DNA of 64,000 bases. Source: Octopus vulgaris. Taxonomy: Eukaryota. Below are positions 1 to 13,676 of the stretch, piece after piece (position 1 is the stretch's first letter; every line of letters begins with the position of its first letter). A model generated the notes under the pieces. It was not told where the DNA came from. It was given only the letters and a program-made list of their open reading frames with translations, and did not search any database. Both the position numbers and the translations under genes were made by a program. The stretch is from positions 91,822,001 through 91,886,000 of the forward strand of contig OX597823.1 of the NCBI GenBank assembly GCA_951406725.2. Direction: 5' to 3'.

Positions 1-313
1 CCATCACGAGCGTTATGATAATCGTTTTTGTTGTTGTCGATTGAGAGAGAGCGAGAGAGAAAAGGAGACCAATAAATGACTGACGTCCAAGAACAACGCC
101 AAATGGCTTTTTATAGTGTTAGCAATACATGGTCGCTGTTGCAGCCTCTCACAACCTGCCCACCCCACATCTGCTACCACCCTATCCTTATCGTCCTCAA
201 CAGCATAACTCTAACCCTACCAGTACCTCAAGTAACAACAGCTTCTATCGGTTTATCAGCATTGTCGTCAATTACTTCGTATCCTAGAACCACATTTAAA
301 CCATACATATACA

Positions 314-782
314 GGTGCAAGCGTGGTTGTGCGGTAAGAAGCTTGCTTCCCAACCACATGGTTCCAAGTTCAGTCCCACTACATAGCACCTTGGGCAAGT
401 GTGTTCTATTACAGCCTCGGGTTGACCAAAGCCTTGTGAGTGGATTTCGTAGACGGAAACTGAAAGAAGCTCGTCATATATATATGCATATGTGTGTGTG
501 TATGTCTTTGTGTCTGTTTTTATCACCCATCACTGCTTGACAACCGGTATTGGTGTGTTTAGGCCCCCATGACTTAGCGGTTCGGTAATAAGTTCTCGAC
601 TTAAAAAAATAAGTCCTGGGAGTCGATTCATTCGACTAAAAATTCACGGTGGTGCTCCAGCATGGCAGCAATGAAAAAATGACTGACACAAGTAAAAGAA
701 TGAAAGAAGATATAAATTGATGCATGCATGCTGCAGCATGGCCACAGCCTAAGGGCTGAAGCATATAAAAGAATTAAAGAAT
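314..782 (+). mobile_element. tRNA-derived SINE, family A, with internal microsatellite and duplicated tail
   Basis: Pol III A/B-box-like head (tggttgtgcggtaag...gttcagtccc), body gcaccttgggcaagtgt, internal (TA)/(TG) tract, tail ggtgctccagcatgg...tgactgacacaagtaaaaga. The same layout recurs more than 10 times in the window. Confidence 0.85.
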
Positions 783-789
783 AATGTAT

Positions 790-870
790 AAACTCGAAAC
801 GTCGAAGACTTTTTCCATTTTTCCTGAGCGTCAAACTAATCCACGTTGTTTGTAGTTCCCTCCCCTGTCT
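790..870 (+). mobile_element. Fragment of HHR-bearing repeat family H1
   Basis: ctcgaaacgtcgaagacttt...cctgagcgtcaaactaat matches the copies at 57150-57328 and 45575-45830. Confidence 0.6.
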
Positions 871-894
871 CTGATATCTTTATCTTTATCTATT

Positions 895-1219
895 ATTGTT
901 TCCAGTCATTACACTACAGTTATGCAGCACTTTTTAAGCTTTGTACTTATTCTCTAGGTCACTTAGGCTGAACTGCTAGGTAAGCCAATACCGGTCGTCA
1001 AGCTGTGGTGGCGGACAAACAAAAAATGTTGATACACACGTAGAAACATCCATATAAATAGGGCAGACACATTTCAGTTCCCATCTACCAAATCCACTTA
1101 GAAGGCTTTGGTCAGCCTAGGGCTATAGGTGAAGACACTTGCCGAAGGTGCCACGCAGTTGACTGAACCCAAGGCTATATGATTGAGGAGGAAGTTTCTA
1201 AGCCACGCATTCATGCCTG
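895..1219 (-). mobile_element. SINE family A, degraded
   Basis: Reverse complement of the family A body (ctaccaaatccact...aaggtgccacgcag). Confidence 0.8.
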
Positions 1220-1249
1220 ATCTTCAGAGTAAATAATTATTTGAAATCT

Positions 1250-1480
1250 TGACACGAGGCCAGAAATCTTTGCAGGTGAGCGTAGTCGAATACATTGACC
1301 TCAGTACATGACTGGTACCTATCGACCCCGAGTGGACGTGAAAGCTGAAGTTGAAAGCTAAGTCAAAGAATAATATCTTTTATTCTTTTGCCTGTTTCAC
1401 TCATTAGACTGCGGCCATTCTGTGGCACCACCTTGAGCTTTTAGTCAAATGAATCGACCCCTGTACTTATTTATTTAGCC
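1250..1480 (-). mobile_element. SINE family B fragment followed by a family A tail
   Basis: gactggtacctatcgacccc (family B) and gcggccattctgtggcaccacc (family A tail). Confidence 0.65.
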
Positions 1481-3089
1481 TGCGGAATATAACTGCTGTC
1501 TGTTTAAGATATGAGCCGCACGTGGAAGGTTGTCTGTTGTCGCGGGTGTCACTGGCCATTCTCCGTGGCATCGTCTTTGCAACCATGTCCCACCAACCCT
1601 ACCATCTTTTTTTCCTTCTTCTTTGCTTCCTTGGTGAAGTAGCTATATTTTTTATTTCTCGACAATTTGATCTTTTATACTTTTAATGTTTTTTCTTTCT
1701 TTCGTTTCATTCTGTAGGAGGAATTACATCCGTGTTTCGTGGTCTGCTACCACAACAGCTCCTATATAGGATCCAGTTAGCTCAAGTCATCATCAGGAGG
1801 AACCACGTCCAGTTACGGCCCCTACTCCTCTACCGTTTTGACGTGCCCCCCCCTTTCGGAGGTGCCTTCAGCTCTGGTGTTGGGTGCATCTCTTCTTTTT
1901 TCTGTTCCCTGGCCTCTTCGATGTAGCGTCAGCGAGTGTCAGCCGGCGACTGACTGACTTCTCAAATTATTCCCTTTAAATACCTGCCGCTAGGCTCCAG
2001 CAGGCAGCCCCAGCAAGTTGTCACGTGACACTGTCTCACCTTAACTGACTAGTGAAGGCGCATCGTCTTAGCCCACGCATTCTCTAACCGACCGTCACCT
2101 GTCAGTCAGCGATGCTGATTCTGTGTCAGCTTGTCTCACCTAGTGATGTTATTTCCCGCCGGCATGTTATGACTTTCAAACCATATATTATTAATAAAAT
2201 GGGGTGTTTTTAATAGTGGAAAAGATGAAAAGTTCTCTTATAACATCTACCAAATACAAACTTCGAAATATGAGCATGATCTGTAAATTTGGTTATTTCT
2301 TGCTTGTCTTGAATAACTTCTCAAGCAATTGTCATAGCCCTATGTTTGTAGTTACAACCTACCACAACGTTCTATAATTTATTACATGAATCTCATGATT
2401 AATTCAAATACCAGTGTGACGTGGTATATTTTATATAACGTGTATGATATATATCTCTTTATTGCCTTAACACTCGTTAACCATTCTTAACATATGACCA
2501 TACCACAGTGGCAAAATCCATTACTCTGCATAAGCTAGATTGCTAGAATCATCTCAAAAATACTTATTTTCAAACCATTCATCATATTACATAAATTCTG
2601 TGTCCTACGGTTCTGTTGTTAATTTTCGGTCTTACGTTGCTATCACACGACATGCGACGTTACAAGGCATGTGTACTGGGCTCACTCATAGAACTACGGC
2701 CATGTAGGTGAACCACCTTCAAGGATCTTTTTGATTACATCAGGTTCCAATAATATTATCAGCCTGGCAATTATTTTGCCAATCTCCCTTTATTGAACTG
2801 CTAGGTAATTGGATATCATGACGTAAAACATGAACCGAGACACAACGCACACAAACATACACAGACATACAGAAAGCATACACCAATCTGTCGAAAGCCA
2901 ATGGACGTAACTTATATAAAACTCTCTCTCTCTCCCTCCCTGCATATATATGTATGTATATATGTGTGTGCGTGTATATATGGATGTATATGCATGTGTA
3001 TATATATATATAATAAATCAATAAATAAAACATATGCATATATACATACATATGTGTACTACCTACCTCTATATGTATATATACACGCA

Positions 3090-3490
3090 TATATGGGTAC
3101 AGGACACCAAAAAAACGTCGAACACAATGAGCAACGAAAACATAAACACAAAACCAAGGAACTGGACATTTTTCTTAAACAACAAAAAAATAGAGTACAG
3201 GACAAATAACACAAGGAAAATTCCCCTTCTTCAGTCGCCATAGTTTCATCTACTCTGCGTTTCGAAGGTGAAGGCGACACGCATCTTCGATAGAAACTTT
3301 CCTTCTCGCGAAAAGCAAATTAAATAAAATTTTAGATCTTTTTGCAGAGGGGTAAAAATGGTAACAAGAACAGGACAGTAACGACAGTACAAAATATAAA
3401 CAGTAAAAGACAGGACAAGGAGAATAACAAGACAAGAAAGGGCTGTTAAACCGAACGAGAAAAAGTATTACGAACGATATTTTTGAGAAA
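3090..3490 (-). mobile_element. Non-autonomous repeat family H3 with rearranged HHR-like motif
   Basis: Homologous to 14885-15100, 53760-54125 and 61795-62100. It shares gcaaattaaataaaattt with the latter two and GAAAY...GTA...CTGANGA-like motifs with all three. Flanked by microsatellites. Confidence 0.75.
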
Positions 3491-3504
3491 TGTATAAACA
3501 TGTG

Positions 3505-3551
<47 letters not shown>

Positions 3552-3653
3552 TCAGGGTGAATACTTGATAGTTGTAAGCACCTGTATATACCATTTAGTG
3601 GTGTAGGTGATAGAGTATATTAATCAAAGTAAAAACATGATTCAAAGGATTTA

Positions 3654-3741
3654 GCGGTACATATGTTTCGGGCCTTTATTAGACGGTTTTATAACAATGC
3701 ATAATTGATGTAAATGTGTGTCTATGGCCTTCTTCAGCCGC
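3654..3741 (-). ncRNA. Type I hammerhead ribozyme
   Basis: GCGG-CUGAAGA-A-GGCCAUAGAC...GUCUAAUAAAGGCC-C-GAAAC-AUAU-GUA-CCGC. Stem I GCGG/CCGC; palindromic stem III ACAUAUGU. Confidence 0.8.
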
Positions 3742-5184
3742 GTACAATTACTACTTCAAGGACATATATTACATTATAAGTTTTACGTTGGGGATGCAAA
3801 TCCTCATAGTCGCGTACGACAGAGTGGGGCACCAGCACGAAATCGAAGCGCCCATCCCGCTTATGACTCGATGTAGAATGAGGAAGTTTGGATGTTGAGC
3901 TAGAGAGGGAAGAGGTTGGGGGGGTTGAATCTTTAGTGAGTTAGGGATCACAAACGGGAGAGTAAAAGAGTAAAAGATTACAAAAGAGTAAACATTTTAA
4001 AAATATATAAAAAAGATATAAGAATATAAAAAATATATAAGAATATAAGAAATATATATAAGAATCTAAAAAAATATTTAAAAAAGTATCTAAGTATATA
4101 AATATATAAATAAATATATACAAATATATATACATAAATGCACATGGACGTGAAAAAAAACATGGTAATATAAATAAATAGAGATATAGATAAAGGAGCA
4201 AAAATTAAGGACGAAGAAAAAAAAATAATAATAAGGATAAGAAAATAAAAGACTATATAAGGGGATGAAGGAAGAAAAGTAAGGGGGTGAAGAACTAACA
4301 GAGTGGTCAGAAGATAGCGTATTCCGGTTGTTGAGGCGTACCGGTGAAATAACGGGTGTCATAAAGTAACTCTCTGGAGACCAAGTAGATTGGTCAATCT
4401 CGGTTGTCTCGTTCGTGGCTAAACTCTTTATCTACTTCCTCGTAAATTGTCTTTGTTACTAATGGTCAACATGTACATACGTACATGCATGCACATACAC
4501 ATCCACACGTATATATACATACGTACTCTCGTATTATACGTACAAATACATACTCGCACGTACATATATAAAGCCCGCCCGTCTACACCCTTATATGCGT
4601 ATATGCGCACATACATAAATATCTCAGTATACACATACATACGGAAAAGAGCGCATGTAGTTGGGTACAAGAACTGACGCGCATACGTACGTATACACAT
4701 ACACGTACATACGCACATACACACACACTCACACTCGCACACAAGGGGGAGTAAATCCCTATGCATATACACAAAAGTATGCATATATGCATATGCACAG
4801 ACATAGGTATAACAGGTAAATTCATTCCCGCACACACGCAAAACGGACTTACATATTCTAAATAAAAAATTAAGAGGCAAAGAAAAAAAAATTGTGGGGC
4901 AAAGAAAAATTGTTTAGAAGGGATAAGAACAAAAGTAAGAACAAAAATAGAAAATAAAGGAAAAATGGAAATTAAAATTGGAAAAATTGAAAAAATAAAA
5001 TAATAATAAAAAAATAATAATAATAAACAAAAATAAAAATAGGGGACATTAAATTGAGCACTAGCTAGAATGTATGGAGGTTAGGGAAATATAATGGACA
5101 AAAACCGAAGACATGAAACTAAAGAAACCTGAAGGTAAAAAAACTTGAGAGTGAAAAAAACTGAGTGTAAGAAAGAATAATAGA

Positions 5185-5215
<31 letters not shown>

Positions 5216-5218
5216 CAT

Positions 5219-5253
<35 letters not shown>

Positions 5254-5300
5254 CATATATATACATATACATAGACACACATATACACATATATATACAG

Positions 5301-5331
<31 letters not shown>

Positions 5332-6079
5332 CATATATACATATATATACATATATATACATATATATACACACACGCGCACACGCATATACACATGTAT
5401 ATATATACATATACATACCTACACATACATACACACATATATATATGTAAACATACATATATACACACACTCATACATACATACACATACGTATATACAT
5501 ATTCATACATACATATACACAAATAAAAATAAATAGAGATAAAAGGTGATAAAAGGAGGTAAAAATAGAAGTAAAATTAAAAATTAAGAATGAAGATAAA
5601 AATAAAAATAAAAATAAATAAAAAATATAAAATAAAAAATAAAGGTTATCGAGTAAAGATTAACATGAAATGAAGGTAAAAATAAAGGTGAATGTAAAGG
5701 TAAAAATACGGGTGTGTGTAAGAGGGTAACCACCCAGGAAAGGGCAGGAAAACTAAGGTAGGGTGGAGGAGAAATTACGGAGTAGTCGTAAGTGAAGGTG
5801 AGGGGAGCGGAGTTCAGGGGTGTGGGCTCAACATCAAAGTTAGAGATGGAAACAGATATATATATAGGAAAAATAGAAACAGGAAAAAAGATGTAGGAAA
5901 AATAGATATAGGAAAAAAAGATGTAGGAAAAATAGATATAGGAAAAAAAGATATAGGAAAAGAAACGGGATGTGCTGGAGCTGACAAGTTGTACCTGGAT
6001 GGGAGGATGTAGCATGGGGGAGTAGGTATAAGAGCCTAAGCTTTGTAGTAGTTGAAAGTTTTGGTTAGTTTGTGTATAC

Positions 6080-6975
6080 AAGAAGGCTTGAATTCGGATC
6101 TTTTGTTAATTAGTTTGTGTTTCTCTTTTAAAGATATTCAGGAGTTCCACGCAACATAGCTGGCACCCTGTTCTATTATTTAAATAAGGTGCAGCTGATC
6201 CGATAATGGACCACCTGAGGTTGAAAACTATGCTATTGTCTTTTAATTCCCCAATTTTTTTTTTAGATAGGGAGGTGCTGCTAGCCTTGTGTCTATGCAT
6301 AAAGGAAGACCGGTGGTTGTAGTATCTGGATTTCCAGGCGGTCGAGCAACCTATGTAGGTGAGTGTGTTAAACTGGGTACTCATCTCACATGAGTAGATT
6401 ATGTTTTTTAGCCCGACACTCCCCACGTAACGGACAATCGGATGCGCATATGCAGTTACATTTGAGCACTGCATTTCCCGGTCGAGTGTTATTAGTCCTA
6501 GAGGATGGTGTATGGTTGTTGTAGGGGTAGCTACTGTGGTGGGTGGAAATACCGTTTGTCGCCTCGTCACTGATACTGCTGCTCGCGCTGTTGTTGTTGC
6601 TTAAGTTGTTTTGGTCTATATTATTGGAACATTGTTCAGCGTTGTAATTGTTATTATTAATTCTATTACTCAAAGTGGGCGGAGGTGTTACACTAAGTGC
6701 AGGACCAATGTTATCCTCATGATGTATATTATTGATGGGTGTAGTGCTGCTTCTGTTGGGGTGACGGGTGTTGTTACTAGCGGTTCGTGTATTATGGTTG
6801 CCAGCCCAATTATATTGACTACTGCCTGGATGATTGGGGTTCGATTGGTCGTAATAACTTGTTCCTAATCTAGCTTTTCTGATGTTAATATTGTTATGCT
6901 TAGCTATGAGGCAGCTCATGTTGGGTAGGGTAGAGTGGAAAATCCTAATGGTTTTGTTAGAGAAGATGCTTCTAT
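6080..6975 (-). pseudogene. PLE RT-thumb/linker and GIY-YIG endonuclease (CxCx5Cx5C linker, Hydra-clade-like), frameshifted
   Basis: HKYRSIFSNKTIRIFHSTLPNMSCLIAKHN...CNCICASDCPLRGEC, then after a frameshift NIIYSCEM...TYIGCSTAWKSRYYNHRSSF...STSLSKK...WSIIGSAAPY...CQLCCVE. Confidence 0.85.
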
Positions 6976-7100
6976 ATTTATGTGTGTGTGCGTGTGTGTT
7001 TATATGCGTATATGGGTTCACTTCGTATGTTGTATGTATACATGCCCTTTATATAAATTTTTAAAGTTTATTTTATCTATCTCTATATTTTATATTTATC

Positions 7101-8116
7101 CCGTCCCGGGTCATCCTTGAACGATTTCAGCACAACCAAAGCATTCTATAGGGGATTAGTGGAGGGGAGGTACGACGACGCGCTCGGGGCGAACCTGGGC
7201 GTCGACGATGAATACCTGACCCGCCTGTTCAAGACGACTTTCGGGCCGGAACCTATGGACAACTTCCAGAGATCCCTGGTGTGGTAGTGCTACCGTGAAG
7301 CGCTACCCATTCGGGATAAGCTCTACAGACACGGCTCGAGAAACATGGGGCCGACCTGCCCGAGATGCGGTCAGAGCGACGAAACCGTTCTGCACGCACT
7401 CGTGCAGTGTCCAACCATTTCCGACCTGTGGGCTTATGTCGAATGACTGCTGTCACGTGTGGAATGAGTCGGTTTATCAACCGAGTCTATCGTCAATATT
7501 GTCACGCCTCCTTCCTTCAAACGGGAAGGAAGAGCTATTTTCATCATCCTTGTGGCTATGGCGAAAGAATGTATCTGGCGGACGCGTCTGAAAGTATTGG
7601 AGACAAACATTTTCCTCTCCGGTCAATCTCTCATCAACTTTTTCAAGTATCACTTGAAAAGGAAAGTGAGAGTAGAGAGGCAAGTTTAGACTAGCGAATG
7701 TTTCAAAAAAAGATGGGTGAATGTAGCAAGGATGGTACGTATGAATGACGAAGCCACCTTGAGCATGATCCTATGAACCCGAAAAAATTTAAAACAGAGA
7801 GCTACTTACTCGCAAATAAATGTGTTAACATGTGACATTGTTGACCGAGGTTACCGCAGTCTTTTCCGTAGGCTTTTCTTTCTACAGATAAACCTTATCT
7901 GTTTCTCTCTTTACACTATACATCATAACATTTCTGTGATACACGATCCCTATTGATAGTTTTTTTTCACTCTTTTTATGATCCCTTTAGATCGAAAACC
8001 TACCACCTTTTTATTTTTTATTTTTATTTTTCCTTTTTTTTTCTGCCCGAAAAGAAAAGCTCTACTTTGTAATTTGTCCCCTCTGTTTTCAGCTCTGTGT
8101 GGCTAATAAAGAAACA
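7101..8116 (+). mobile_element. 5'-truncated Tx1/L1-clade LINE (ORF2 C-terminus plus 3' UTR)
   Basis: Frame 7102-7776 reads RSLVW*CYREALPIRDKL...CPRCGQSDETVLHALVQC...AKECIWRTR, a CCHC zinc knuckle typical of L1/Tx1 ORF2. It has four internal stops. AATAAA is at 8105. Confidence 0.88.
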
Positions 8117-8266
8117 TATCTATCTATATTCTTTATACATCTCTCTCTATTTATCATATATATCACATGTAAGTGCATATATATCTATTGTGTGTGTATT
8201 ACCCTGTATATTTCTGTGTATCATTTACGATTTTTTCTTTTTTCACTCTTTTCATCCCTTCTGTCT

Positions 8267-8660
8267 TTAGTCATGTGGTGTGGTGGTCGGTGTTATTGTT
8301 CCATCGTGTTTTCTATTGAGGCTCTCTCTGTCTACTGCTATGTGTATAGCCTCTGGGATCTGTCTAAGTTTCGTGTCAGTTCTTTGTATCGATAATACCC
8401 TAACCTCTATGCTATTAATCAAGCCTCCATGTTCTGCCTGAGTATGTTGGTAGAGCACTGACGAGCTTTTCCCTTCTTTGAGCTTTCACCAATGTTCACC
8501 TACACGCCGTCCTACGTTGCATGCAATCTCTTCAAAGTAGATTGTTGTCATATCTCTGCACGTCCTTCGGTATATCGTAAGCTATACACTACATTGTTAA
8601 CCTTACAGCTAACCCGTGGGTTCATTCTACATGCAACACAGTCTGCCGAACTTTATCCAG
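8267..8660 (-). pseudogene. Second, distinct PLE-type GIY-YIG endonuclease remnant
   Basis: CVACRMNPRVSCKVNNVVYSL, then after a frameshift IYFEEIACNVGRRVGEHW*KLKEGKSSSVLYQHTQAEHGG...LRQIPEAIHI...LNRK. Confidence 0.75.
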
Positions 8661-8678
8661 GCGATGTATCCATACATC

Positions 8679-8899
8679 TATTTCTTTACTACGCACAAGG
8701 GGCTAAGCATAGAGGGGACAGACATAGATATTAAGTCGATTACATCGACCCCAGTGCGTAACTGGTACTAATTTCTCAATCCCGAAAGGATGAAAGGCAA
8801 AGTCGACCTCGGCGGAATTTGAACTGAGAACGTAACGGCAGACGAAATACGGCTACGCATTTCGCCCTGTGTGCTAACGTTTCAGCCAGTTCGCCGCTT
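8679..8899 (-). mobile_element. SINE family B, near full length, Tx1-like tail
   Basis: Reverse complement of the 35549 copy; contains gtcgactttgcctttcatcctttcggg. Confidence 0.85.
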
Positions 8900-9284
8900 T
8901 ACATAACCAACACGGCGGGGACAGCGATACGGGAGTATGAGGAGAAAGAAAAGATCCTCAATGCTCATATGATGATGGTGAGGATAATGATAACGACTGA
9001 TGTTGAAGATAATGATACTGAGGATCGCGATAATGACGATAATGAGAAAGATGACAGAGAAGATGAAGATGACGATGATAAAGACCAAGGTAAAGATTAT
9101 GACGATGATGTTGATGATGGCCATCATAGTTTATGAATTCTCTGTGACAAGTGGGGGGGGGGAACTCACCGGCACATTGCATTTAAATGTTTCCTCACCC
9201 ATTCTCCTTCTCACTGTGTTGTCAGATCAATTAACGCTACCCTGATCGACCACGTGATTATTTTTAATGAGCTCCAAATATTTT

Positions 9285-9410
9285 ATAGACACCGAAGGAT
9301 AAAAAGCAAAGCTAACATCAGTGGAAATTGAACTCGGAACGTAAAGAAGAAGAAACACCTTCAGACATTTCGTCATATGATTTAATGGTTACAACAGTTC
9401 GCTCCACCGA
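9285..9410 (-). mobile_element. Degraded SINE family B
   Basis: ggaaattgaactcggaacgtaaag...catttcgtc. Confidence 0.55.
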
Positions 9411-9943
9411 CCACCATCACCACCAATCGGCCTTCAGCATTCTTAGAGAGTTTGGATTTGTATAAAAGAAAGGAAAGCGGGAAGAAATATAGGAATGGTA
9501 AATGGTAAAGAATCATATGAGAAGAGCCAGAATGGAATTGCAAAGATGAACAAGAAAGAAGGGTAAAAATATTAAAAATAATTACTATGCAAATTAAAAG
9601 AAAAGGTAAAGCAGTTGAAAGAACGACAACTGAAATAAATCCATTAATATTTCGAAACAATGGAAGAATCTTTACATAGGGAAAATGGAAGGATATAGGT
9701 GCGAGTGTATGTGCACGCACACACTTACTCACACACTCACACACACATACACGCATACAAGCTGATATATACGTATATACGTTTCTATATATATATATAT
9801 ACATATATATGTGTGTATATATATATGTATATATATGTATATATATATATGTATATATATGTATATATATATGCATATATATATATATATATAATCCTTG
9901 TGATGCAAACGGGTAAACAGAGCTCAAAACATGAGTGTATGTT

Positions 9944-10032
<89 letters not shown>

Positions 10033-10399
10033 AATGCGTATAGTGTGTGTGGCAGGAACTGATGAATGAAAAGAGGGAATGTTTCGATAAACAAATGGAA
10101 ATCCAAGAGATTTACAGAATTTATCTTATGAAAGATTTTAATGAAATATTTACAATTATATTGCATGATTATATAATTAGATTTTTAATTAATTACAGCT
10201 TGACCTAAAAATCAATTTCAAATTGTAAAGAAATAAGTAAATCAAGAAAATAAATAGACAAATAGATAAACAAAGAGATTTACCAGCAACGATCTCATTA
10301 AACAACCATTAATACTCAACAAGCAAAGCATTATCAACAACAACGGTGGATGATTATTGTTGTTATCATTAATTTTATCGTCAGTCCTATTATTTGATA

Positions 10400-11695
<1,296 letters not shown>

Positions 11696-11924
11696 GATAA
11701 TTAAAATAATAGGTTCTTTATTTCGTACAAGAGCTAGAAACATACAACGCATTTAAATACATTAATTTATTTCAATAATCATCTTAGAATCAATAGTGAA
11801 AGTTGACTTATTTGATATGCCAACCACAACAACAACAACAACAACAACAACAACAGTAGTAACAACAACAACAGTAGCGATATGCAGTGCAAAATCAAAA
11901 GGAATAATAATAATGATGGTGCTG

Positions 11925-11985
<61 letters not shown>

Positions 11986-12066
11986 CTGGAATACAAATAT
12001 AAAATTTTAAGTCTATGTAAATATTTTCACAGAAATTGTCATTTAAATATATTCATTTAAATATAC

Positions 12067-12135
<69 letters not shown>

Positions 12136-12289
12136 GGGGGTTAGTCTGTGTGTGTATGTGTGATATTCATGCTTGTATGCATATCTACATATATACGTGG
12201 GTGGATGTGTGTGTGTGTAAATTATTCTACATGCATATATATACATATCTTAGATTTATGGGAATATATATATGTCCCTTCATTTACCT

Positions 12290-12812
<523 letters not shown>

Positions 12813-12891
12813 CGATATATGTATACATATACAGAAATATCTTCCTCCTATCTCTCCTATCCCCCAACTCCACTGACATACATATATATCT

Positions 12892-13134
12892 TTTAATAAA
12901 CACAGTATATACTTTTATGTGTTACAAATTCTTTCGTGCGATGAATACGACTCTGAGCGCATTTTATAAGATGTCTGGTGACTCACGCAGCTTTCAGGCT
13001 ATGACCCCATGGCATAACAAGTTTTACCCGAGGATTGCGTGGAGGTACCAGACATCTGATAAAATGGTGTCTGAGTCGTTTTCATCGCTCGAAACTATAA
13101 GTACCTCATAAGAACATATATTCTATTTATTAAA
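12892..13134. repeat. Imperfect inverted repeat (arms about 100 bp) with HHR 3'-half motif
   Basis: gcgatgaatacgactc...attttataagatgtctggt pairs with accagacatctgataaaat...gagtcgttttcatcgc. GAAACtataaGTA lies in the right arm. Confidence 0.8.
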
Positions 13135-13676
13135 CAATATTTATCTCTCACCAGATGAAGCACTTATATATGTGTGTGCGTGTGTGTTTGTGTGTGTGAC
13201 ACTTATCCACAATCTTTGAAACTTTACGTAGCACGGGATTTTGATCCATACACGTAACACATAAAGAATGTGTTGAGTGCCTTTCTATCGTTTTTCCACT
13301 CACTCGTATGTGTGTGTGTATGAGTATGCTTGTAAGTTTGTATGTATGTCATTATTCAGCTCATTTCAAGATGTCTTGCCAATGGAGAAAGAACCGGTTA
13401 CTAACTTAGATCCAAGGCTCCTTCATTGGAATTTTAACATCAACAACAGGGTATTTTTGTTTGTTTGTATGTATGTATGTATTTATGTATGTATATTTGT
13501 ATGTATGTATATATATGTATGAATATATGTATGTATTTATGTATGTATGTATGTATGTATTTATCTATGTATGTATGTATGTATGTTTGTATGTATGTAT
13601 TATGTATGTGTGTGTGTGTATGTATGTATGTATGTATGTATGTATGTATGTATGTATGTATGTATGTATGTATGTG

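Larger units (their letters stand above)
3551..7100 (-). mobile_element. Penelope-like retroelement remnant (GIY-YIG domain, long 3' region, terminal HHR)
   Basis: GIY-YIG pseudo-ORF at about 6080-6975 and an HHR at 3654-3741 on the same strand. The element ends in (TA)n. Continuity across the intervening microsatellite-rich region is inferred. Confidence 0.65.

Noticed and set aside
76-540. 154-aa ORF
   Set aside because: The second half is SINE family A sequence, and there is no protein motif.
1725-1800. CUGAUGA...GAAAC...GUA on the minus strand
   Set aside because: No convincing stem I or stem II.
5865-5962. Short tandem repeats (ggaaaaaaagatgtaggaaaaatagatata) as a CRISPR-like array
   Set aside because: No unique spacers, eukaryotic context; a simple minisatellite.
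7253-7694. Listed ORFs overlapping the LINE
   Set aside because: These are alternative frames; the real frame is 7102-7776 with internal stops.
10055-10095. CTGATGA motif
   Set aside because: No stem II or correctly placed GAAA.
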